NCBI GenBank assembly: GCA_021432655.1
Contig: MU271453.1
Span: 21,023 to 62,677 of the forward strand
Direction: 5' to 3'
DNA: 41,655 bases
Origin: Atractiella rhizophila
Taxonomy: Eukaryota
How positions within the stretch are numbered: the stretch's first letter is position 1; every line of letters starts with the position of its first letter. This document shows, one piece after another, positions 12,204-24,395 of the stretch. The translations under genes and the position numbers were made by a program. Under the pieces are notes generated by a model. That model searched no databases and was not told the origin of the DNA. It saw nothing but the letters and a program-made list of their open reading frames with translations.

Positions 12204-13164
12204 ATGGCAACTCTAGCGGGAGAAACAGTCGTGATAATTGGAGGTAAGCTATCATATGAACCTTTCATGGCCAAAATTTTGAGTGGGCTCACAGGATCTG
12301 CTGGAATCGGTTACAGCGTAGCCATCCTGACGATTCTTAACCAGGCATCCAGAGTGATAATCGCTTCATCTAACCCCCAACGTCTCGAAACTGCCGCAAA
12401 GCAGCTCGCAAGTGACTTGAAGGGCAGAAACGTGGATGTCGGCGACCGCATCGAAGCAAAGGTCATGGATATTACCCAGCAGCAAAATGTGAAGCAGTTC
12501 TTCGAAGAGGTCGGAGAAATCGATCATTTAGTGATCACAGCTCAAAGTGAATCGCTTGATCTGGTCAAGCCCTTGAAGGAAATGGATTTGGAAAAAATCA
12601 AGAGCAATGGTATAGCCCTTTATCCATGCAGGGAGAAAGGCACTCATGTCGGAGGCCAGATCCTTTCAACATGAGGTTCTTCTCATCTGCCTATGCGATC
12701 CAAGCAGCCAAAATCAAGCCACACGGCTCTGTCACCCTTTCAGTTGGTCAGCAATTCTTTTGAACATCCTTTATCCCCACTAAACTGCTGCTAGGCTCCG
12801 TGTTGGTGAAGCCCAATCCTTCTTGGACAATCCTTGGAGCATTGGCGGGATGCATAGATGCTTGGACGAGAGGTGAGAGCACAATTCAGGCTCGTCAGTA
12901 GGCTGACTGAGCTTTCTAGCCCTCGCGGTGGAGCTTGCTCCAATTCGGGTCAACGTAATATCTCCCGGGCTGGTCAAAACCCAGTGGTGGGACAGTATGC
13001 CAGAAGAACACAGAAACGAAATGTTCAAGAACGCAGCCGAGAAGTTGTTGGTTCGCCACGTTGCTGACCCAATGGAGGTCGCAGAGGCGTACTTGTTTGT
13101 TTTGAAGTGCAAGTATGTGACAGGAACCAGAATTGAGGTCGATGGTGGCTACAGGCTGGTGTAA
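12204..13164 (+). CDS. Short-chain dehydrogenase/reductase (NAD(P)-binding Rossmann fold)
   Basis: VVIIG|GSAGIG, IDHLVITA, ALAVELAPIRVNVISPG and VTGTRIEVDGG; 4 introns; TATA-like TATAAAT elements near 12124 and 12157. Confidence 0.9.
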
Positions 13165-13638
13165 TATCGCTGAATGGTGAATTGAAACTTTGATGAAGTG
13201 GGATATCCTTTGTGTGCAGCAGGAATGAGACATAGATTGGATATTGGTAGCCGCCCATTACCAGCGACATTCGGGAGCAACAGCTCCTACTACTACTGCA
13301 CAACTACACCTTTGTCTGGCTGCTTGAAGTGCCGTGAATTAAGAGCACAACTCACATTCCACGAAAGTACAAGGAAGGGAAAGAAATCATGTGGGACATT
13401 TTAAAACACACACTATTTTGCGACCCAGGTCAACTAAATTGAGACCAAAAGACGAAAATATTGTGCACAAAGCTCTGCCCATATCTCTCGGAAGCTCCAA
13501 TATTGAAATGCGATTTTGATGAAGGAGCCGACCCTTAAGGGGCCCTGATTACCCCGTAGGGTTAAACAATTTTCAAACGTGTTGCTTTACACTTTCAGCG
13601 CTTCGTCACTTTGAGTCTTGAGCTGCAAGTTCACCGTC

Positions 13639-14844
<1,206 letters not shown>

Positions 14845-14951
14845 TAAGTTTATGACATTCAATGTTGATGGACGATACAACAGCATAGACTTGCAGTGTT
14901 AATTTCGAGTATCTCTTCATACAAAAACATAGACTTCACGTGTGACACTTA

Positions 14952-15773
14952 TCAGCCACAACCTCCTCCAGCGACTGGATAATGAAAGGTCTCAGCTCCC
15001 TGAAGACTTGCGACCTTGGACTTTCTCTGAGATTGGTTGGATTTAGATTCCTCTCCCTTCTCAGCTTTTTCCTTCTCCGCCGCTTCCCTGATAACCTTCT
15101 CCCTCTCATCCTTTTCCTCCTTGAGCCGACGGTCTTCCTGGAAAGCAAGCAGGGCTTGTTGTTTGCGAGCCTCTTCGATTTCCTTTTCTGACTGCTTGCT
15201 CTTCTCCGCTCGCTCTGCGGAGGCTCTCAAGATGGAGAGTTTGACTTGAAGACAATCGTGAGCGAGGCGGAGAGTACTGAGCTGGTTCGTGGTTGGGGTT
15301 TGAGGAAATGCGAGGTATTCAACAAACTCCTTCCTATAAAAAGACGAATTTCAATGACTTGAAAGGACAAAGAAAGAGGAAGAGAATACATACACCTCCT
15401 TCCTAAATCCAGCATGAACCATGTAGCTGTAAGCACCAGGGACATCCACGATGTTCGTCTTGATGAGGTTATTTGTGACCTTGAACCTTCGATACTTCTC
15501 CTCTTGGGGATGATCGAGGATGTTACCGATGAGCTTGTTGATGGTTTCAAGGGAAGAAAGAGCTCGATTTTTCTCGTTCTTGTCCCTTATTTCAGCGTCT
15601 ATGAGCCTGTAGAACCCGAGCTTGGTTTCGTGTTCCTTGGAGGCAGGCAACTTCTTCTGACCAGCCTGTTGACTCGATACTCGCGCCTCAATCGCGGACG
15701 CAACGCGGGAACTTGAAACTATTGGTTCGTCCATTTGTTCAGGATCGTTCTCTGGTACACTATTGTAGGACAT
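14952..15773 (-). CDS. PUB (PUG)-domain protein with C-terminal coiled coil and GGGCG terminus; putative p97/Cdc48 cofactor
   Basis: LETINKLIGNILDHPQEEKYRRFKVTNNLIKTNIVDVPGA..YMVHAGFR is the PUB consensus. One intron (GTGTAT..TAG, ~15335-15394). An E/K/R-rich helix follows, and the protein ends PVAGGGCG*. Confidence 0.82.
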
Positions 15774-15945
15774 GGCGTTCCAAAAAGCGTCAAACTGGCG
15801 GCAGCTAAGCGAGTTATTGTGCTCTAGGTGGTTGTCCTGCTCTCCAGCGAACCGGCCGTTGGTTATGTCATCATGGACTGTAACTAGAAGTAGGGTTCTC
15901 AACTACACTGTAGTGGCAAACTTCCAGCCTTTTTCTTCACTTAGG

Positions 15946-17188
15946 ATGTCTGGGCGGCCTCAAGACGGTAAGCACTTTATTATCAGCTGTTCAGCGTTTT
16001 TGACAGCCTTGAAGATAGAAACCAGGAAGCAAGTGCGTGTTTGCCTTCCGTGTTTGTGTCTGACTGACTTTCGTTTCTCATAGCTGTGTACATCGTAAGA
16101 CCAAAGCTGAGACTGGATTGGGTTATCTGAAGCCTGAAATGTAGGGAAACCTCGATGAGAGATGCAATGACGCGCTAATATGGGAATTAATGCTGCAAGC
16201 AGGCCCTGTTGGTGCGTTCTGTCCTTGTGCTAGCGTCTCCTGTTTATAGGTTCTGTGCAGTAAATGTCCACCTTCCCAAAGATCGAGTTTCGAATTCGCA
16301 TCAAGGGTATGGGTTCTGCGAGTTTGCGAGCGAAGATGACGCGGAATATGCTTGCAAAATCATGAACCAGATAAAAATGTTTGGCAAGCCCATTCGTGTG
16401 AACAAGGCCGGTTTTCCTTCGATTCTTGGTTGAGGGATAACAACTGACGGTCAACCTTCCAGTCTCAAGCTACTACGGATCGAACAAAGCTTGACATTGG
16501 AGCGAACTTATTTGTTGGCAATTTGGATGTCAATGTCGATGAACGAATGCTGTACGACACTTTTTCGGCTTTTGGGACACTGGTTCAGCCCGCAAAGGTA
16601 GATTTTCTCTCCTCTAGATTCTTTTGATGACGTCTTGGTCTTAATTAGATTGCAAGGGATCCTGAAACTGGCGCATCGAAAGGTTACGGATTTGTCTGCT
16701 TCGAATCCTTCGAATCGTCGGACGGCGCTATCGAGTCCATGAACAATCAATTCCTCATGAACAAGCCCATCTCCGTCGATTACGCTTTCAAGAAAGAAGG
16801 CAAAGGTGAACGACATGGTACCGGAGCCGAGCGTCTCTTGGCTGCTCAAGCGCGAAAGAACAACGCTCTGCCTGTGGGAGGTCTTGGTGTGATGATGCTG
16901 GGAATGCAACCACCGCCGCCACCTCCGATGGCTCCAATGACTTTCGCTCAACCAGCTCCTCCAATGATGATGCCGGTTTCCGCTCCACCTCCTCCCCATG
17001 ATGTACTCTCAACCTCCTCCAATGATGTCCATGCCTCCGCCTCCTCCACCTGGATTCATTCCCAATGGAATGCCTCCGCCACCGCCTGGATTTGCACCTC
17101 CTCCTCATGGAATCATCCCTCCTCCACCAGTTGGGTTTTCAAGCACCTCCCGCCGCCTGGTATGCCAGGACCTCCACCTTTTGTATAA
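15946..17188 (+). CDS. HSH49: Splicing factor 3B subunit 4 (SAP49/Hsh49): two RRMs plus Pro-rich tail
   Basis: [68 protein letters not shown] and [21 protein letters not shown]. Includes 18-nt and 11-nt microexons. The tail is frame-shifted (see findings). Confidence 0.95.
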
Positions 17189-17703
17189 CAAGTACTTCTA
17201 CCTCAGGGTCGTTGTGCCAGTGACCTTCGGTAATTCAATGTCAGCGTGCCAGCGTTGTTTAATCCAATCCAAAAGGTTTGGTGGACTTTGAACATTTGTT
17301 TCAACTCTTGCGTTGGATCAACAGGCGTTTTTTAGCCAAACTCTTGCCATTAGTTCACCTTTCAGTGACACAATCTGATCAGAAAGAAAAAGCGAGAAAT
17401 TGAGTCCGCAGTTTCACGGAACAACGGAGTTTAGCTTGAGTCACAAAACGAAGGCTCTCAACCTAATTTTTTTTCGAGAAGTCGAGAAACGACGACCACC
17501 TCAAATTCAGCTTTCCCCAACATGTTGTAGCTTATCTCCTTATCCTCCAATGTTTTCAGGCGTCCAAGCCATCCAACCTTTCAACAACGAGCATTGCATT
17601 TTCATTCACGTTTACGCCCCACAACCATCTTCCAGCCTTCTGACGTGCAGGCATCCCAACAATCAGACTCGGAGCCTTATTTCATCTAAGTCGATATCAG
17701 AGC

Positions 17704-19132
17704 ATGCCTGATAACCAATACGGTGTTGTGGTTCAGGGCATGGTCAACGAATGGCCCAACCAGGTGAATTTTCTGCTTCTGAGCGGAGAAAGAGGGGATT
17801 GAGCGTGATGTGGAATGGTCGAATAGGCTCCCAGTGCTCATGGAGTTCCAGCACCGATTCCCATTCGCAACAGCTCGTCGGGCGGCGCGCATTTACATCC
17901 TCATGCCCATAAGCCATATCAGATCGCTTCGAGACGGCGCTCGTCGAATCACTCCTCGGCTGCGGCAGAACGTGCCAAGTTTAAAGCTCAAAGCGTACCG
18001 CTAAACAAGGCCGCTCAAAGCGCTCCGAAAGGATTAGAGCCCATGGAGGGCGTCTTCGATGACGACGAGGTGGTGGATGACGGCGAGTTCGATGACGCAG
18101 AAATGCAAAGCGTGGATGCGACCGGGCAGCTGAAGAAGAGGAATAAAGGACGGGGCCAAATCTTCAAGTGCGAGAAGTGCTCAAAGGTGTGCTTTTCGTC
18201 AAGTACCAGCTTTGGAAACTGGTTCACGATTTCGCTTAGAAATATCGGCATGCACAATGTTTGGTTAAGCATCGGTTTGTTTATCCCCATGTGCCGCGCT
18301 TCTCAACTAACCATGTTTTCCGCAGGTGGGAACACTCCGAGGCATGTCAAATTTCAACGATTCGCTGACTTGTGCTTATGCTGTTTGACGTTAGCACTGG
18401 AAAGAAGCGAGCAAGTTGATGCTTTCCAAGCATGCCCAAGTTCAAATGCTTGAGGTATGCCTGCAACTGGAACATGGTCATTTGTAATGCTCATCTTATT
18501 TGCAGGCAGCCGCTATTTTAATCGCCCCGAGTCGGTCTCTCCCCGAAGACAAATCATATTGGCCTGCTGCTGTCAGCTCACCGGAGTCAGGATTATTGGG
18601 CTCAGATCGATTCAACATCGACAAGATTCAGGCGTCCTCAATCTCCTCGTCCTTCTCCTCCTTATATTCACACGGCGATATGACCAATCCCACAACGGAA
18701 GAGGACTTTACTTCTCCTGTCGCCGACTTGGAAGAGTTCAGCATGGACGTGCTTGAAGAACAGGGCTTCTTCCCCGGTGAAGACCATTTCCTCACAGGAA
18801 ATGGAAGTCAGCACGGAAGCAATGGAAGTAATGATGGACAAGCTGCGAAACAGTCTGGGTCGTTTTATGGCAGGGAAAGACAGACTACCGCCGTTCCGTT
18901 TCAATCATCAACACCTCCCATCGGTTTCTTCGAAGAGCAGAAGCGAGAAGTCGGTTCGGTCAGCAGTTTCGTTCGGTCTCCTTCGCACGCTCTTGGTAAT
19001 GGCAGCATGTTTGGATCTAAGGCACCTCAGGATCGATCCTTCACCCCCGGAAGCGTTGGATCGGCGTCGATTCTTCGAGAGTCGTCGGAACGGAGCACGG
19101 GCAAAGAAGATATTCCAATGGAAATGGACTGA
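17704..19132 (+). CDS. C2H2 zinc-finger protein, putative transcription factor; true start may be upstream (~17523)
   Basis: Spliced translation gives IFKCEKCSK|KYRHAQCLVKHR|WEHSE|HWKEASKLMLSKHAQVQMLE|AAAIL, followed by a Ser-rich/acidic C-terminus. It needs a GC-AG intron at 18342-18394. Confidence 0.85.
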
Positions 19133-19618
19133 AATTTGCAATCAGTCGATCAGTTCCCTGTTGTCCAAACAAGTAACAAGTGGGTTTTGTCATCAAGTTT
19201 CGGTTTGATTCTTTCGTTTCTTCAAACTTGTCTGATCCTGAGAAGGGCCATGTATTATTCCGAGTCGCAGTGCATGTTCTTGCTTCCTCCCCTTCTCAAT
19301 GATGAGTTCAATTACAAGTGGAAAGTTTCCTCGTTTATATAACATAAGATCAGTGACTAGATCTGTATCTATGCGTGTTGTTGAGGAAATAAGGAATCGA
19401 GCACTCTTTCACTCAAGAAGATAACGAGATAGGGGTTGGTCATTCGGTCGCAGGTTGGCGCGCGTCGGCGCGTTGTTCGGCTTGGCTGAATCGTTCCCCG
19501 CTTTTCGGAGAGTTGCCCCGGATATTGAACCGGCTCAGCTTGAACCACGAAGCGGAAATAAAACCCGAGTTCGAAGAGAGCAGCATTCTCCAGCAAAAGG
19601 ACAGAAAGCAGCAAAACC

Positions 19619-20571
19619 ATGGCCCAACCTGTTGTTAAACCACAAGTGAGCCATCCCTCTGAATCCAATACAGACCCCAATAACCTTCTTGCCTGCAGGA
19701 GCTCAATCCCCTCCTCGCTCGGTACCTCCAGAGCCTGGCAACTCGGCCTCTCTTGACCAAAGCCTGCACAGCGGGCACGCTTTCGAAAGTGTTCTTCTTC
19801 CTCGTGATGGATGTCTTTTGAGCTGTTTGCCTACAGACTTCTGCAAGAGGTCATCGCTGGGCAGATTACCGGAGCAAAAGCGTCCTTCAAGCCGTCAGGA
19901 AATCCAGCCCTTGATGTCGTGCAGGCGAACCAACGAGCCCTGAAAATGGGTGCATATGGTGCGTGTCTCGTGTATGGAAGCGGTGGGTCTTTGCTGAGTG
20001 GCTGCTCTGAAGGTTTCTTCGTGTCTGCGCCGTTGGGACACACTCTTTTGGGTGTTTTGACGAAGCTGTTTGAGGGAAAGACCTCTGCGAAAGCGCGCAT
20101 CGCACAAATCCTTTGCTCCAACATATTTATCTCTCCCATTCAGCAGTCTGTCTGTGCGTATATGTCTACGGCCTACACTATAGTTAATGACCTGGACAAG
20201 ACCTGTTCTGCATGGGATATATCAATGGAGCCAAAAGCGTTGATCAGGCAATGGCCTACGTGAAACTCGGATTCTGGAGAATCATGAAGGCAAGTTCATT
20301 CACACCTTGTATTACAGCGCATAACTCCTCTGTAGCTCACATGGATCATCTCACCCCTGTCGATGGCATTTGCCCAGAAGTTCTTGGACCCATCTCTCTG
20401 GGTTCCATTCTTCAAGTATGTGATTACACCCGTTTAGTAGACTACCCTGACAGCGTGCATAGCTTGGTTGCATTCTGCGCTGGACTTTATGTCAATGTCC
20501 AAACGAAGAAGCGAAAGGAGGCGGCTGAAAAGGCCGCGCGGGCTAAGGAACTCTCAGAAAAATCGAAGTGA
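19619..20571 (+). CDS. Mpv17/PMP22 family (peroxisomal membrane protein 2-like)
   Basis: LLARYLQSLATRPLLTKACTAG, LQEVIAG, KMGAY|GFFVSAPLGH, AQILCSNIFISPIQ and PLSMAFAQKFL. The intron 2 boundaries (~19775-19836) could not be fixed unambiguously. Confidence 0.85.
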
Positions 20572-20658
20572 TCTGCTTCACGGGCCTTGCTAGGTTGTCC
20601 ATCGTATTGTACTGTTAGCTGGATTCCTTGGGTATAATTCTACGTCGTGAAACACGCA

Positions 20659-23152
20659 TTATTTGCCGTTCACTCGTTTCCGAAGCTCGTACTTCAACAC
20701 CTTGCCCGTCGCACTCTTTTCGATTTCGGGCACAACCTGTACCCATTCTTTGACCCCAAAACAGCGACACTGTCAAAGAGCGCACTAGTATAGAAGTAGA
20801 AGCTAACCTGGTCGCGCAAAGCCTGGTAATCGACTTCTGGAGAAATCTTTCAAGGCCTGCGCAAATCCCTCAGAATTGTTGTGCCATTTAGAAGCTGCAG
20901 TTGGTGTGAGAACGACGAAAGCGAACGGCCGTTCCCCATACTTCGCCTACAAACAACTCGGTTCAACTCTTCCCATGCGCGTAAACTGGGAACGCACCTC
21001 TTTCTTCGCAACGACGGCGCATTCTTGCACATCAGGATGTGCTGAAAGCTGTTCTTCAATCATCAGGCTGCTCGCATTTTCTCCTCCCGAGATGATTATC
21101 TATGAATCAGTGTTCAGTTGTACACTCTGTCGAATTAAGATATGACACACATCTTTTGCTCTGTCCATGATGGCGAAGCGACCATCCGCGAATCGCACAG
21201 CGAGGTCACCAGTATCTACAGCTCGGTCAGCTCAGAATTGACGGTTAAGAGGAGTCAATCGCTCACGGAACCATCCATTAGAACAACTCGCCTGAGTAGC
21301 AGCAAGGTCGTTGTAATATTCTTTCATTGTAAGGTTGCCTCTCATCACGATTTCTCCAACTTCATGACCGTCAGCAGCTGTCTCCTGTATAGGATTCGCT
21401 TCATCCCGGTGTTCAGCTAACTTGATAACGCGAACGTCGTCGGTTGTCAAGTAAGAGTGCCCCTGTTGTGCCTTGAGGTGGTAGCGCTCATCTTCCGAAA
21501 CTTCTTCCCACCAGTCCTGGGGGAACGCCCGCGTCGACGGTCCCAGCGTTTCTGTCAACCCGTAGACATGCACAACCTCGATTCCGAGAGATTCGAGGCT
21601 TTTTATCTGGGTCGGGGTAGGTGCAGCACCTATTCACAACGTCACTTGGCTTCAAATGAAGAGAAAGGAACTCTCACCTGCGACTAGAGCAGTGACTGGC
21701 TGAGGCACACGGCGGGCTTTCTTGTGACTATAAAGCATCAATCTGTATAGCAAGTAAAGATTATATTCGAGAGTGATAAAATAAACCTCACTGGACTGTT
21801 GGTGCGCCACAATAATGCTGACATTTGATCAGAATTCCCATTCTCGTTGAGCCGGCTGCTTACAGTGATTTTATGGTGGAGGATGTGGTCCCAGATCAGG
21901 TCGTATGTTCCAACGCTTCTTAGGCAGAACTGAGTCGCATGCGCCGCCGTACAAGCAAATGGGAAAGTCCAGCCAACGCAATCTGCAAGGCACTTAGCAC
22001 GTCCGTTTGCATTATTCTAAGTGAGCAGACTCACGAAACATAGGTACGATCCACAGAAAGCAGCTGTCAGCAGTCAGCCGACTTTCAATGACATTCGCGA
22101 GAGCAGCTAAATATGTCGAGCGTAATGTCGTAACCACTCCTGTGATGGCTTCAGTAATGTGTTAAACCTGAATGATTTACCTTTAGGTTTTCCAGTCGTC
22201 CCTGAAGTGTAAGAAATAGCATAAGGTGCATTTTCATCTGCTTCCAGCTCCAAACCGTCCCAGCCTTCCGAAGCTGACTTCTTTCCTCGTTCAATTACTT
22301 GTTCGAAAGGGTCTTGAGCAGGGGGTTTGGCACCGTCGTAAGAAACGACGACCGGGATGGAGCAGCCTTGTGTCAGGTCGACAAATTGGTGATCGGCGAA
22401 AACAACAGAAGCGCCAGAGTGTTCGATGATGTAGAGGATTTCTGGGCGTGTCAAGCGAATACTAAAGAATCACTGTCATCCTTTATATCTCTCACATCTG
22501 AAATAATACTTGATAGTGACAATGACAGCCTTCACTGCTGGGCAGGCTTGAATCAGATCTGCAATCATGGGGGTGTTCCTGTTCCGTGTCGTCAAACATT
22601 GTCATTCGATCAAAACTGAGAGCTATGAAAGCTCACGGAGCAAGCACAGCAACGCGATCGCCTGGTTTAATAAACATCCCCTTCAAACCGTATGCCAAGT
22701 AGCACACTCTCATGGCCCTATTATTGACAACGGCAATCAAAATTGGCACATGTGACATGAAGGAAGTAGTTAAGACCATTCACTGAAGCTCCATTTCTTA
22801 CCTGCCTCCAAATGTACTAATGCGGTCCTCGTAGGGTATACCTGTCGGTTGGTTCAATGGATATGACACGGATGCGAGACAGGAAAGGAACCGTGGCAGA
22901 TTTGAGTAGAAATGAGAGCTAGTACTTCGTTGAGCACAGAACAGCGTTCGAAAGCAATGCCTACTGGGTTCAGAGGAGTCCAATTAACAGGTAAGCCAGG
23001 CTAGGGTACGCATCAGCTTTCTCCCATACTAAGAAGGAGCAACCGACTGGTAGTTTAGGTCTGAACTTGAATGCAATGGGAAGGTCCCCATCCTTTACTA
23101 CTAATGCATTCTTGATTTGAGAAAGGCGTTCAGAAGGGCTCGAGGGTGCCAT
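20659..23152 (-). CDS. AMP-binding acyl-CoA synthetase/acyl-activating enzyme, many introns
   Basis: YTSGTTGKPKG (A3), VPMFH|CVGWTFPF, VHVYGLTET (A5), GEIVMRGN, DRAKD|IIISGGENASS, WGERPFAFV and KSATGKVLKYELR (A10). Confidence 0.92.
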
Positions 23153-23659
23153 TGCAGGACTCGTGCAGTCCAATAGACACGAAGGATGCTAAAAGAGGTG
23201 CTCGACGCTGGTCTGAGTTGGAGGAAGGAGATGAGGCAAAGTCCAACCAATTCCGAGTCCCGCAATCAGCTGTACAGGTGCACCCGTGGTGCTTTCGCAG
23301 GTGAAATAACAGATAATGTTCGGGAGAATGTTCCTTAGATCAGCTGCGGATGAACAAAGTCCATTAAGAGACACCATTGACATTGTGCGGATAATTCCAT
23401 GTCCCAAGCCAGGAGGAACGAGAGCGAACACTCATACGGGGATTAAGAATGGATTTCATCCCCTAATAAGTGTTCTCTGGACCCTAAAGCGAGAGCTCAT
23501 CTAATCACACACTATAAAGAAACAACGACAAAATCGGCAGGCAAAACTCCTCGATAACCGTCGTACACCGTACACTCGCCTTCGCGCAAGACCACTGTGC
23601 GCAAACGTCCACCCCGTTCTCCCAGTAGCGTTTTAACCTCAAGTTATCAACAATATCTC

Positions 23660-24395
23660 CTACACATCGAAGCCCAGAGACTGGAATGAAGCTCCTGGAA
23701 CTCTAACACTTCCTAACTCGGATATCCACAAAAAGGGGAGGACTAAGTAGCTTCTCTCGATGGTCAACGACTGATGCACGAGTAATAAATTGTATCCTCT
23801 TCCAGAAGGTGAGATCGAAAAGCTAATACATATCAGAAATCGGTTCCACCTGATAAGAAGACTTACCGAAGAACGGTGCTCGTCGGATCCATAAGGAAAC
23901 TCTCGCACGGTCAACTCCTCAAGCCGAAGGAACTTGCCTTTGCCCACCGTTTCCCAGATGATATCCTCTTTCAAAAAGGTTTCGGAACGGCGTCATCCTA
24001 TCAAGCCCTGGGCATTTTATGTGTTAGAGCGAGAGAAGATAGTTGATAGCGTACCAGAGTGCCTCATCAGTGGAAAGAAATTCAAAAGCAGCACTTGATG
24101 CTCTAACAGCTTAATTGACTCTTTACGGACGCTCTTCTCTTCCTCAACCTTCGCCCAAGTAATGCCAGATGCCTCACATACTTTAGCAACTTAGGTCATT
24201 CTAGGAGGTTGCTCGCAAGAGCCCTTGACGGCTTGTAATCCAGATAGGCAGGTATTCTCCTGTAAAGTGTGGGGGAGGTGAGTGAATGCAGTGCCTTGCG
24301 CGCCGGATTAACCAAGCTGAGCGTACCAAAGAGGTAGCTGATTTGCTACAAGCATCCAGACTTCGGGTGGAAGATGGGAATTTCCATCGACATTC
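23660..24395 (-). pseudogene. Degenerate F-box(-LRR)-like gene
   Basis: SHLPPEVWMLVANQL (F-box start), then KALHSLTSPTLYRRI...LLE*PKLLKYVRHLAL with an in-frame TGA at 24196-24198 and frame changes. Intron remnants GTACGC..CTAAC..CAG (~24009-24054) and GTAAGT; downstream LRLEELTV. Confidence 0.5.
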
